DNA from: a virus
IMG/VR virus record: IMGVR_UViG_3300005529_000023
Span: 96,001-160,000 of that record
Length of the DNA: 64,000 nucleotides
Direction: 5' to 3' (one strand)
Part shown: in pieces, positions 9,976 to 18,751 of the stretch
How the letters are laid out: each line of letters starts with the position of its first letter
Position numbering within the stretch: the first letter of the stretch is position 1
The notes under the pieces: model-generated
Database searches by the model: none
Told to the model about the DNA's origin: nothing
Seen by the model: the letters and a program-made list of their open reading frames with translations, nothing else
Translations under genes and position numbers: made by a program

Positions 9976-10410
9976 ATGCAGTGGGTATACAATGACGGTG
10001 GAAGAAAAGAAGCCGGTTACAAAGGCGCAGCACGCGACTGCGTAACTAGGGCGATCTGCATAATCACGAAAAAGTCATATCAAGAAGTCTACGAGGCTCT
10101 AGTTGAAGAAGCAATGCGGGAGCGTCCACGAAATGGAAAGAAGCGCTCGCACTCTAGAACGGGCGTCCAAAAACCCACCATAAGACGGTACCTAGAATCT
10201 TTAGGGTTCGAATGGGTGCCTACCATGAAGATCGGCTCGGGATGCAAAGTTCACTTGAATAAAGATGAGCTACCGAGCGGCGAATTGATCGTGAGTGTAA
10301 GCAGACATCTAGTTGCCGTCGTTGACGGCATCGTGTATGACACGCATGATCCAACTCGTGGAGGTAACCGTTGTGTCTATGGTTATTTCCGCAAAACCGA
10401 AAGGAAGTAG
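9976..10410 (+). CDS. Conserved phage hypothetical protein, possible Cys/His peptidase-like fold
   Basis: YNDGGR...RDCVTRAI...RHLVAVVDG.VYDTHD gives a plausible Cys-His-Asp arrangement. Confidence 0.65.
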   Translation: MQWVYNDGGRKEAGYKGAARDCVTRAICIITKKSYQEVYEALVEEAMRERPRNGKKRSHSRTGVQKPTIRRYLESLGFEWVPTMKIGSGCKVHLNKDELPSGELIVSVSRHLVAVVDGIVYDTHDPTRGGNRCVYGYFRKTERK

Positions 10411-10411
10411 T

Positions 10412-10660
10412 ATGCCACGTACATTAATAGAACAGGCTCTCAAGGACTTCATTCTCGAAACGATCTCTGAACACTTCTCTTCCCTTGGCCAAACCTCCAG
10501 GCCACGACCACAGGCACAAGAGGCTCAGCGAGTGATTGGCGTCCGGTTCCGGCCCCAGCGGGTTACTCGTAGGAGACGTTCTGGCCCGAAGGGACGGGTC
10601 ACCGATCCCAGCACCGACAAGCGTCTCAAGGCTAACCGACAAAAGGCTGGGAACGCATAA
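10412..10660 (+). CDS. Small basic hypothetical protein
   Basis: MPRTLIEQ...KGRVTDPSTDKRLKAN; start follows the stop of the previous gene by 1 nt. Confidence 0.65.
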   Translation: MPRTLIEQALKDFILETISEHFSSLGQTSRPRPQAQEAQRVIGVRFRPQRVTRRRRSGPKGRVTDPSTDKRLKANRQKAGNA

Positions 10661-10714
10661 AATTATTGCCTGGGAGAGGAAGCCAGGGTAAAGCAGTCCG
10701 CTAGGAGGAAATGT

Positions 10715-10930
10715 ATGGAGCAAAAATTTGAAGACGGCCAGAGAGTCAAATTGATCGGCCATTCAGACTGGAAGTACAACAATCGTCGCGCAGGAACGAC
10801 AGGAACCATCTTTGATGTGTTTCAATCTGAAAAATCTGGCGACATCGTTTACGAAGTGGACTTTGAGGCGACCAATACCTCGGGCAGTGGCTACCAGCTT
10901 GTTCATCAAGCGGATCTCGAAGCAGAATAA
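10715..10930 (+). CDS. Small SH3/KOW-like hypothetical protein
   Basis: AGGAGG RBS; FEDGQRVKL...GTTGTIFDV...YEVDF. Confidence 0.7.
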   Translation: MEQKFEDGQRVKLIGHSDWKYNNRRAGTTGTIFDVFQSEKSGDIVYEVDFEATNTSGSGYQLVHQADLEAE

Positions 10931-11016
10931 GCAGGCCGTTTATAGTCGTCGTTTAACCCACCGAGACGGTTATGGCGTATTCTAGCACTGAAGGCTTTTG
11001 GCACCTGCTAAAAGGC

Positions 11017-11055
11017 TAGGTCGGCAAAGAGATTCTCGGCCTCTTTGCCGACCTA
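11017..11055. repeat. Perfect 15-bp inverted repeat (hairpin)
   Basis: TAGGTCGGCAAAGAG-9 nt-CTCTTTGCCGACCTA, between convergent transcription units. Confidence 0.9.
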
Positions 11056-11204
11056 TCGACTTCTTACCTGCCTACACTCTAGAGAGGCGGAACCAACTCC
11101 ACGTCTTCCGGGGTTTCAAATCCCGGCGTGCTTTTGGCTTGCAGGCCAGGTTCCTGGCAGGCGTGGGACGGTCTGCAAGAACCGTGATTATCCCACTTTA
11201 AATT

Positions 11205-11282
11205 TGGTAGCGGGTAATGGTATCGCACCATTCTGATTTGGCTTATGAGACCAAGCTGGATCTATCTCCAGTCCAACCCGCT
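11205..11282 (-). tRNA. tRNA with CAT anticodon (Met or lysidine-Ile), atypical D-arm and T-loop
   Basis: AGCGGGT/ACCCGCT acceptor, A73, encoded CCA; TTGGT-CTCATAA-GCCAA anticodon arm; T-loop TGCGATA. Confidence 0.8.
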
Positions 11283-11294
11283 ATTTGAAATCTA

Positions 11295-11606
11295 TCACAT
11301 CTCTCTGGCGTTGTTCAATGCCAAATTTGCACACATCACTGTTATTTCATCCTCAGTCATCTTCCTGGCATAGTCCACGATGTAACCCCAAACTAGGTCA
11401 TAGTCCAGATTCATGACCATCTGGGTAGTTTCCTTGGTTTTACTGTCATAGTGATCCATCAGAAAACCGGGGCGCGCCTTATTGCACATCACGATAGTAT
11501 GGCCGCTCGCTAGTTTGATGTCTCCACCAAGCGCAAGCCACTCCAAACAAGTTCTCATAGCCCAGATGAATCTCTTGCCGGTTGCTTCTAGATCAAGTCG
11601 TTGCAT
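11295..11606 (-). CDS. Hypothetical protein
   Basis: 103 aa ORF overlapping the end of the upstream gene; consistent operon spacing. Confidence 0.65.
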   Translation of the reverse strand: MQRLDLEATGKRFIWAMRTCLEWLALGGDIKLASGHTIVMCNKARPGFLMDHYDSKTKETTQMVMNLDYDLVWGYIVDYARKMTEDEITVMCANLALNNAREM

Positions 11607-11853
11607 TTGCCCTCCAAAACCTAATCAGTGAAACGACCTTCTTTCTATCGGCAACGATAGCCCCATGGATGATAGCCAGCGCTATTTTTGTTCTACAAAT
11701 ATCGTAATGGGGTGTGCTGCCCGGTTGAAACCACTTCCTGGCGACACCGATCTTATCCGCCATAGCGTGCAGCTCTTCTAAGCTGTCCGCTAGCATGTGG
11801 CACATGATCATGCCACGATAATGAGCCTGCATGGTATCTACATAGACGCTCAC
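11593..11853 (-). CDS. DUF4031-like protein
   Basis: GTG start overlaps the ABC ATPase stop (GTGA); MSVYVD...CHMLADSLEELHAMA..IGV...WFQ...PHYD. Confidence 0.8.
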   Translation of the reverse strand: MSVYVDTMQAHYRGMIMCHMLADSLEELHAMADKIGVARKWFQPGSTPHYDICRTKIALAIIHGAIVADRKKVVSLIRFWRANATT

Positions 11854-12671
11854 AGATTCTTGAACTCTTCTTTCACTTCCCTTACGAAGTCGTAAAATCT
11901 CGAAGTCTTCATGATCTCTGGATGCCAGCACAAATCGCGTTCGATCAAGTTGTATTCCTTCATGATCCTGGAACCGGGAATCTTGGTTCCATCTGGTGCG
12001 GAGTCCCTGCCCATGAGCCAAAGATGATTGGAGATCGAGGCCGCTGCAGTGATGTCATGAGTAACAACAATGATAGTGTTCAGCTCATCCTTACTGGCGA
12101 GTTTGTTCAAGAGCTGACATGTCTTGTCGAGCATTAACGGATCAAGACCGGAAAACGGTTCGTCCATGAGCAGGAAATGCTCGGAACATAACGCTTGCTG
12201 AATAATTGCACATCTCTGCCTCTGACCACCTGAAAGCTGGGCGGGATAGTGATGAGCTTTATCAATCAGATTGAACTCGTTAAGGTACTCCACCACCTTT
12301 TCGCGTGCGATCTTCGAATTGCTTTCATTCTGCATGGCCGAAACCATAAGGTTAGAAAAGACAGTACGATGATCAAAAAGGGGATAGCTTTGAGCAACTA
12401 CACCGACCTCGCCAGCGATCACGGATCTATCTTTCTCATTGATACAAACCTTGCCGGAAGTAGGTTTATTCAGACCCGCAATGATCCTAAAAAGTTGAGT
12501 TTTTCCGATACCCGATGGACCAAGGAAACCGACTACTTGACCCGGCTTTTTGCCTGTAGAAGTGAGGATATTCTTGATTTCACCGTTGACGTTCTTAAGA
12601 ACCGGCTTACCATCATATTCCAGGCAGACATTTTCGATTCTAAGAAGAGACTTACCAAGTGAGTAGTTCAT
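11850..12671 (-). CDS. ABC transporter ATP-binding protein (TauB/SsuB-like)
   Basis: Walker A GPSGIGKT, signature LSGGQRQR, Walker B LLMDEPFSGLD, H-loop VTHD. Confidence 0.95.
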   Translation of the reverse strand: MNYSLGKSLLRIENVCLEYDGKPVLKNVNGEIKNILTSTGKKPGQVVGFLGPSGIGKTQLFRIIAGLNKPTSGKVCINEKDRSVIAGEVGVVAQSYPLFDHRTVFSNLMVSAMQNESNSKIAREKVVEYLNEFNLIDKAHHYPAQLSGGQRQRCAIIQQALCSEHFLLMDEPFSGLDPLMLDKTCQLLNKLASKDELNTIIVVTHDITAAASISNHLWLMGRDSAPDGTKIPGSRIMKEYNLIERDLCWHPEIMKTSRFYDFVREVKEEFKNL

Positions 12672-12674
12672 TTA

Positions 12675-12965
12675 TTAAACTATGAAAGCAATGCTCCCAT
12701 AGCCCTCCGGTTCATCAACTTGTTTCATGCTTCCATCTTCTTGCATCATGAGCCAAATACGATTCTTACTCTTTGGCCACTCATGACCAAACTGTCTTTC
12801 TTCGATCACCGCGCCTTCGTACCATCCGGCTTCATCACAAAAAGACATCTTTTCTCGGGCTTCTTCAGCTGTCTTCCAAATCGTCTGAAGATGCATTCTC
12901 TCAAAACCGTAGTTTTGGCCTCTCTTATCGAATTTGAAGAAGCCTACCAAGAATACTGACTTCAT
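12675..12965 (-). CDS. Hypothetical protein inserted in the ABC operon
   Basis: ATG overlaps the permease stop (ATGA); MKSVFLV...EAGWYEGAVIEE. Confidence 0.7.
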   Translation of the reverse strand: MKSVFLVGFFKFDKRGQNYGFERMHLQTIWKTAEEAREKMSFCDEAGWYEGAVIEERQFGHEWPKSKNRIWLMMQEDGSMKQVDEPEGYGSIAFIV

Positions 12966-13744
12966 TTTCTCTCCGTGGTCAGGGTAGAGTAAGGGCAAAA
13001 TACATTCTTGAGTATGCCGATGGCGTAGTCTTGACCGAGACCGACCAACAGAATTAAGAGCTGAATCGCCATAACTGAACTCAGATGGAAGTGCTTATTT
13101 TGGTTCAGAAGAACCGCCCCGATTCCACCTTCGCTGCGCGACATACCCTCGATCATAGTCAACATCATCCAGCCGATGGCTGCGTTCTGTCTTAAGCAGT
13201 CGAAAACCTTATCGGCCTGCCCGAGAACAATAACTTCCCAAACTTCACGCCAGGCACCCATTTTAAGTGTCTTGGCCAAATCAAACTGAACATTGGGGAT
13301 TGAAGCAAGCACGTCTAACATGCTAGTTACAAAGAACACCGCGATAGAGTAGACGAGTAAGTATAGTTTCAATTCATGGCCGCTTTTAGCCGCCATCGTG
13401 AAGAAGAAAGTGAGACCTGCCAGGGACAGGAAGCGAAGCTTCCCAAAGAAAGCGATGATCGGTTTGAAGAAAGGGATGACACTCAAATAGGCCAATCCAA
13501 TGGATGCTAAAAGGGCGATGCCGATAGCCTGAAGGTTCAAGTAAAAACTCGTAATCAGCTCAGATCCGAGTCCTTCTTGCCAAAGTTCTCCAAAGGAATG
13601 CAGGGTTTCGCCTGGGCTTGGCAGAAACACGAAATTCGAGGAAGCCCAAAACAGGAATAGGCCGATCACCTGTGCTACGACCAGTAGCGTCCCAGTAGAC
13701 TTGGATAAAACTTTGTTTGGTGAAAAGATCTCTAAGAACTTCAC
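12962..13744 (-). CDS. ABC transporter permease (NitT/TauT, SsuC-like)
   Basis: About 6 hydrophobic segments; FLPSPGETL; EAA-like loop FDLAKTLKMG.W...VIV; GWMMLTMIEG...GGIG. Confidence 0.9.
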   Translation of the reverse strand: MKFLEIFSPNKVLSKSTGTLLVVAQVIGLFLFWASSNFVFLPSPGETLHSFGELWQEGLGSELITSFYLNLQAIGIALLASIGLAYLSVIPFFKPIIAFFGKLRFLSLAGLTFFFTMAAKSGHELKLYLLVYSIAVFFVTSMLDVLASIPNVQFDLAKTLKMGAWREVWEVIVLGQADKVFDCLRQNAAIGWMMLTMIEGMSRSEGGIGAVLLNQNKHFHLSSVMAIQLLILLVGLGQDYAIGILKNVFCPYSTLTTERK

Positions 13745-14142
13745 AGATTTAATCCAATCCCAAAACTAGCAGAAAAGCTAAATGTGCCTGAATAGAGTAG
13801 GCTGTTGTTTTCTTTTATATAGACCAGGCTAGAAAGATTCTGCTGCCAGCCAGCCTCGGGACCAAGAGCGTACACTGCTGATCCATCTGTCCTAGAAAAA
13901 GTGATCGCTTGAGCAAATCCCACGTTGATGTGTTCGCCCTGAATACCAAAGGAAAGATAGGGTTGAATGTAGCTGGAGTTTCCGGTCAAAGAGATGTCTG
14001 CATAAGGCCAATCTTTTACGAACTCATAATCAAAGCCGTAGAAAGGTCTCGTTCCGTTACCAAAGCCTGCGTCTAAAGCCATCATGTCCGCTTGAGCGAC
14101 GAGTGGAACCATCGTCAAAAGCAGGATCGCCAGAAACTTCAT
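13741..14142 (-). CDS. Secreted protein, possible small outer-membrane beta-barrel
   Basis: Signal peptide ending AQA; alternating aromatic/Gly beta-strands; C-terminus FSFSASFGIGLNL. Confidence 0.55.
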   Translation of the reverse strand: MKFLAILLLTMVPLVAQADMMALDAGFGNGTRPFYGFDYEFVKDWPYADISLTGNSSYIQPYLSFGIQGEHINVGFAQAITFSRTDGSAVYALGPEAGWQQNLSSLVYIKENNSLLYSGTFSFSASFGIGLNL

Positions 14143-14163
14143 AACAAACCTTTCTTTTGGTGA

Positions 14164-14192
14164 GGGGCACCCGTTAATCAGACGGGTGCCCC
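14164..14192. repeat. GC-rich 11-bp intra-operon stem-loop
   Basis: GGGGCACCCGT-TAATCAG-ACGGGTGCCCC with no U-tract on either side; possible mRNA stability or attenuation element. Confidence 0.7.
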
Positions 14193-14200
14193 GAATTGGA

Positions 14201-16015
14201 CTACTTAACCAGAGTGATCTCGACTCGGCGATTCGCAGCGCGACCCGCAGAAGTCGAATTTGAACTCACAGGCTGCATGGAACCATGTCCACTGACCCTA
14301 AAGCGAGAGCCAGGGAAGTTGCTCGGAGCAGCCTGCTGCAAGAAGCTCTTCACCGCCTGAGCGCGAGCGATAGACAGAGGAAGATTGGTCTTCTGTTCAT
14401 CGCCGGTATTATCGGTGTGACCATCGATTCTGATGTTCAAGCCGGTAATAGCGAAGTTGTCCTTAAGGAAGTTCAGCTGACGAATGCCTTCCGCCGTAAG
14501 AGTAGCCTGCCCAACGTTGAAGTTAATACTATACGAGCGCGTGGAAACGACCGTATTACTACTCGAAACGTCGAAGGTCGGAGTATCAGCGGCAGCGCCC
14601 GATGAATCGGCCACGGCCTGAGCACCAGTCACGAAGGACTTGTCTTCGATATCGCGAACTTCGGGAAGCGGGGTATCCTTGAACAGCTCGCCATACTGCT
14701 GCATGACGATACTGCCGAACAGGGTGTACGTGGACCTGAAGTTGTCGTTCACGCCCGGACGAAGTCCGAACAGAATGACATTGTCTTCCAGACCATTCAC
14801 CGCCGAACCACCGAGTGAAACTTGGTTTCCTTCGCGATCCGTTTCGGTCACGCCCTTATAGTAACGATACCAGTAAGCGGCGTCCTGGTCATTGTACACT
14901 TTAGCTGAGATCTCAGCTGCCTTGTACAGCGCCTTGTCATAAGCACGAACTTGGTCGCCACCTTCGAAAGCGCCCGCAAGAAGGTTAGTGACCTCATCGC
15001 GATTGGTATTGAAGAAGGTGCGAGAGCCAATAATGACCGCAGGCATCTGAGAACGATATTCCTTCGAAGAGACGATCTTGATAAGGCCGCCCTTATTCTT
15101 GAATGCCGTCACGTCGCCAGGGGTCCAAGTGACCACTGAGTCGATGCAAACGTGCTTGGTTTCGCCCGTAGGATGGCCGTCCTTGACTACACGACGATCT
15201 TCGCACTGACCAGCAACGTACATTTCTGCTGCCTTATTGTAGTCAGGAGCGTTGACCCAGTTGATCGCGTCGGGATCATAGGTCTTCTCATCCGGGTTGT
15301 TCTTGATGTTGTTATCGCCAGCCCACTTGAGAGCGATATTCCAGTCGCCATCGCGAATAACGCCCGCCGTGAGCAAGCCCTTGGCGTTCTGAGGGTTATT
15401 CTTAACGCGAGGAGGAACCATGAAGGAGTCCTCACCACGACTGTAACCGACAGCTCCGATCACGACGAGAGAATCATTCAGCTTCTTCAGCTGGGGATTC
15501 ACTGCAGCCGCGAACTGAGCGCTACCGTCACCCATAATGACGACGAAGTTTGCCCCGGTAGAGCACTGCTTAGCACCATCGTGGATCTCCTTTGCACAAG
15601 CGAGGAGGTCTTCCTGCATCTTATTGGTGTCATCCTGGCGAGTAAGCTGGAGGTTCACCTTACGTTTTTCAAGCAGCGAGCCACGAGTCGTGGTGGCGCC
15701 ACCGTTGGCATACAGGAGACCCATCTGAGCGTTCCACTCCCAAATCTCACCACGAATGAGGGTGTTGGCCACAGATGCTTCGGAAGTCCCAGGAAACGGA
15801 GCCGGAGCCACGTTTTGAACCTGAGCGTCCTTGAGTTCAGGCAGCTGGACTTGGCTCGGGATCAGAGACTTAACGATACCCGGAGTCGGGATCACGCCAA
15901 GTTCTGCGCCCTTGCGAAGGCCAAAAAATGCTACCGCACATACAAACACAGTGATCAGGAGCTTCGCAAGAAGCGTGGCCCGGCCACTTTCATCGTTCCA
16001 GATATCAGTTTTCAT
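14201..16015 (-). CDS. Membrane-anchored periplasmic substrate-binding protein fused to a C-terminal OmpA-like peptidoglycan-binding domain
   Basis: N-terminal TM; PBP2/NMT1-like body; OmpA motifs SINFNVGQA, IDGHTDNTG, LSIARAQAV, GRAANRRVEI. Confidence 0.85.
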   Translation of the reverse strand: MKTDIWNDESGRATLLAKLLITVFVCAVAFFGLRKGAELGVIPTPGIVKSLIPSQVQLPELKDAQVQNVAPAPFPGTSEASVANTLIRGEIWEWNAQMGLLYANGGATTTRGSLLEKRKVNLQLTRQDDTNKMQEDLLACAKEIHDGAKQCSTGANFVVIMGDGSAQFAAAVNPQLKKLNDSLVVIGAVGYSRGEDSFMVPPRVKNNPQNAKGLLTAGVIRDGDWNIALKWAGDNNIKNNPDEKTYDPDAINWVNAPDYNKAAEMYVAGQCEDRRVVKDGHPTGETKHVCIDSVVTWTPGDVTAFKNKGGLIKIVSSKEYRSQMPAVIIGSRTFFNTNRDEVTNLLAGAFEGGDQVRAYDKALYKAAEISAKVYNDQDAAYWYRYYKGVTETDREGNQVSLGGSAVNGLEDNVILFGLRPGVNDNFRSTYTLFGSIVMQQYGELFKDTPLPEVRDIEDKSFVTGAQAVADSSGAAADTPTFDVSSSNTVVSTRSYSINFNVGQATLTAEGIRQLNFLKDNFAITGLNIRIDGHTDNTGDEQKTNLPLSIARAQAVKSFLQQAAPSNFPGSRFRVSGHGSMQPVSSNSTSAGRAANRRVEITLVK

Positions 16016-16040
16016 TGTTTTCCCTTTCTTTCAGTTTCAG

Positions 16041-17066
16041 TTATTGCAGTACGTTCTTGAACTTGCCTGACTTTGCAGGAACGGCAACTTTCTGCGGTTC
16101 CTTAGCAAAGTCCACGACCTGGGTGGGATCGTAAGCCTGTGAAATCAACACAGCCTTGTCGGTTCCCAAGAGAGCGCTGCTACCGCTCTTTTCCCATTGC
16201 TCAAGCATTTTAAGCGCATCATCCTGGATGACACCCTTTTCGAGGTCCACACCCTTGATGATACCCTGAGAGAGGTCCATGATGTCGTCGATCTCTGCCA
16301 ACTGCTTGTTCGCAGTTTCAGCAATATTCTCCATCGCGCGATTGAACATCTCAGCTTCAGGGCCACTGCCGCCGATAACCTTCCATCCTTTGACCATACC
16401 CGCATGGGCAGCCATGATGGCTTTTCTTTCTTCCTTCTTGATCTCAAGTTCGCTGCGCGTCTTCTTGATGTTGAAATCGACGGTCGAAACCATCTTGTCA
16501 AGCACGCGATACATGAGTTCAATCTTGTTCTTCGTCTCAGTGAGAGACTTATTAGACAGTGTCAGCTGTTGAGCTTCGAGAGCCATCAAGGTTCGGCCCT
16601 GAACATCGCCCTGCTTTTCAGCCTGCTGAGCCATCTTAAGGTCTCTCTCAGCGCGATCTGCATTCGACTTGATCTTAGCCGTGAGACCCTTGAGTTGGCC
16701 ACCGACTTCGGCCTTACTTGACGACATCTCGTCCAAGCGAGACTGCATGATCTTGATGCTGGTCTCGATGACACCGATTGGATCTTGGTTTACGATGGCA
16801 TATCCAATTGCTCGGGTGAGAGACTTCCAAGCGTAGTACACCGCCGTGTGGACGTTCTTGTCTAGGGCCGCGAAAACCAAGGCCGCAAGAACTCCCATGA
16901 GGAAAACTGCGTAGATCGTGTTGGTCGCAGCCAAAATCACGAACGGCAGAAGATGGATCGCAGCGTAAGTCAGAAGTGCCGCCAAGGCCAATCCAACCAC
17001 GGGAGCGCCAATGAAGTTTTCACTCTTCTTCCACCAAGGCTTTCTCGAAACAGTCGTCGTATCCAT
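16041..17066 (-). CDS. PspA/IM30-like coiled-coil protein with N-terminal transmembrane hairpin
   Basis: Two TM segments, then QDPIGVIETSIKIMQSRLDEM and a long heptad region. Confidence 0.65.
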   Translation of the reverse strand: MDTTTVSRKPWWKKSENFIGAPVVGLALAALLTYAAIHLLPFVILAATNTIYAVFLMGVLAALVFAALDKNVHTAVYYAWKSLTRAIGYAIVNQDPIGVIETSIKIMQSRLDEMSSSKAEVGGQLKGLTAKIKSNADRAERDLKMAQQAEKQGDVQGRTLMALEAQQLTLSNKSLTETKNKIELMYRVLDKMVSTVDFNIKKTRSELEIKKEERKAIMAAHAGMVKGWKVIGGSGPEAEMFNRAMENIAETANKQLAEIDDIMDLSQGIIKGVDLEKGVIQDDALKMLEQWEKSGSSALLGTDKAVLISQAYDPTQVVDFAKEPQKVAVPAKSGKFKNVLQ

Positions 17067-17089
17067 ATTTTCCTCTTTTCCTTATTGCA

Positions 17090-17734
17090 TTATTGCAGAT
17101 ATTGACCAATTTTGTCAATGTTTGTTTTGATCGTATTCCTCAGAGTGTCAAGAGTGACACTGAAGGCAGCCTTTCTGGAATCAAGCTTCGCCTTTTCGGC
17201 ATGTAATTCCTGAGTCAGCGTAGCGCTGTCCTCGGTCAGCTGACTCAGCTGCTTTTTAAGGTCGGCGATCGTAGATTCGACCTTGGCTAACTTGGCTTCA
17301 CGGGCTTGGACCTGAGCCCTCTCGTACTCCGCGCAGTCGGCATTGAAATCATTTTCGTCCTGGTTCAGCACATCGATATAATGCTGGCCAGACTTGAGGA
17401 GGGAGTTCTTGTCCACGCCAAGCTGCTTGGCCGTGGAAAACGTCACCTTGTAACAAGCTTCCTCGGCAAGACCCGTAGATTTGGTTTCCTGGACCGCAGA
17501 AATGAACTTGAGATAGTCGAAACCGGCCAGCTTGTTTTCCTCAAGCGACTTGGTCAACATCTCGTTGAGTGCAGGGTCGATACTCGGGGCCGGCACCGAG
17601 AAACTGAATGATGTAGAGGAAGGGATCGGAGTTCCAGTGGACACGTTGGTTGTGGCAGTTGGTGCCGCAGGCTTGGCCTTCGCAACCGGCATATCGTCTT
17701 CAACCAAACCAAGCTTCGTCAGAAAGTTCTTCAT
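17090..17734 (-). CDS. Coiled-coil hypothetical protein, first gene of the envelope operon
   Basis: MKNFLTKLGLVE, P/T-rich linker, GFDYLKF, C-terminal coiled coil. Confidence 0.75.
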   Translation of the reverse strand: MKNFLTKLGLVEDDMPVAKAKPAAPTATTNVSTGTPIPSSTSFSFSVPAPSIDPALNEMLTKSLEENKLAGFDYLKFISAVQETKSTGLAEEACYKVTFSTAKQLGVDKNSLLKSGQHYIDVLNQDENDFNADCAEYERAQVQAREAKLAKVESTIADLKKQLSQLTEDSATLTQELHAEKAKLDSRKAAFSVTLDTLRNTIKTNIDKIGQYLQ

Positions 17735-17761
17735 GCTATCTCCTTATTCAAACTCTAGTAC

Positions 17762-17790
17762 AGTTTTCCATAGAGCCTTATTTTCGTCAA
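17762..17790 (-). promoter_or_regulatory. Sigma70-like promoter of the envelope operon
   Basis: TTGACG-17 nt-AAAACT with TG extension; spacer contains AAAATAAG, as do other early promoters here. Confidence 0.5.
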
Positions 17791-18108
17791 CTATTTTTTG
17801 GAATTTAATTCTTTAATGATTTCATCCAACTTGATGTGCAAACCCTTGATATATTCTCGATCTCGCTCCACTTGCCTGTTCTGGCTCATCATAATAATGG
17901 GACTTTGCATCGTACTAACAATAGTCAAAAACAAATTTAAAAGAATGAAAGGATAGGGATCAAAATGGGCGCACAAAACCAGTAGAGTATTGAGTAAAAC
18001 CCATACTGTGATTCCAGCAGAAAACCAAAAAACAAATCCCCATGATCCGCAGAATTCAGCGATGTTATCGGACCAGCGCTGCGACCTACTTCTGTTGTCC
18101 GTTTCCAT
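17791..18108 (-). CDS. DUF1003-like membrane protein
   Basis: IAEFCGSWGF...FDPYPFILLNLFL...QSPIIMMSQNRQ. Confidence 0.85.
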   Translation of the reverse strand: METDNRSRSQRWSDNIAEFCGSWGFVFWFSAGITVWVLLNTLLVLCAHFDPYPFILLNLFLTIVSTMQSPIIMMSQNRQVERDREYIKGLHIKLDEIIKELNSKK

Positions 18109-18733
18109 CGCTCTCCCATTGTTTTGTGAATTTTACCCAAGAAGACCATGAAAGTTCGAGTCTGTTGCCAAGCGTATCCAGGCTTTCGTAGCCCCATTCG
18201 GTGTCCTCGGCATTTTTGGTAGCCAGAGCAAGTTTTTCTAGCTCTGGATAATCTCGAATGTAGCTTCGCCAATACTCCATGGGACAGGAATGGTAATTTT
18301 CTTCCTTGCCATAGAGAGTACGTGCCTGAGCAATAGCATCAGCTTGTTCGGGATGGTAAGTAAGCAAATAGGCCCCAAAGACCGTAACGGATCTGTGGGT
18401 GCCTGCATCGCAGTGGATAAATACGTGGCTGAGCTTCAGCTGGTCGATCCAATAGTGAAGCGTACGCAAAGAACCATGAATCACTTCTGGTGAAGGAGGG
18501 CCAGATTCGCGCCATGGAAACCATGCCTGGAAGGTCCACATTGGCTGCGGGACAAAGCGATCGGTAATGTTCATCCATGCATCGATTTCATCCAGGTCAA
18601 ACTCGCTATCGCAGCTAGAGGGGTAATCTGGCCTTCCAGCCACTAAAACAGTGGTTTCTCCTACTTTATATGAGGCCGCCCGAACCCTCTTCTTGCTTAT
18701 ATCGCCATTCCACCAATGTCCTGTCCTATTCAT
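18086..18733 (-). CDS. Cys-based (tyrosine/dual-specificity) phosphatase
   Basis: CX5R P-loop VFIHCDAGTHRS. Confidence 0.8.
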   Translation of the reverse strand: MNRTGHWWNGDISKKRVRAASYKVGETTVLVAGRPDYPSSCDSEFDLDEIDAWMNITDRFVPQPMWTFQAWFPWRESGPPSPEVIHGSLRTLHYWIDQLKLSHVFIHCDAGTHRSVTVFGAYLLTYHPEQADAIAQARTLYGKEENYHSCPMEYWRSYIRDYPELEKLALATKNAEDTEWGYESLDTLGNRLELSWSSWVKFTKQWESDGNGQQK

Positions 18734-18751
18734 GGTTTATATCCTTTTCTT

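Noticed and set aside
10925-10960. tmRNA tag-like reading (AAC GAC GAC TAT, NDDY) on the minus strand
   Set aside because: No tmRNA 5' or 3' tRNA-like ends with G3:U70 and CCA, and the frame runs antisense into a coding gene.
11108-11126. Plus-strand TTTCAAA loop as a Sec/opal-suppressor anticodon
   Set aside because: The order of the D-like and T-like arms fits the minus strand, and TGA serves as a normal stop in many genes here.
14285-16721. Long plus-strand ORFs (15152..16060, 16197..16721) opposite the ABC operon
   Set aside because: Antisense shadows of codon-biased genes; no RBS, promoter or recognisable motifs.
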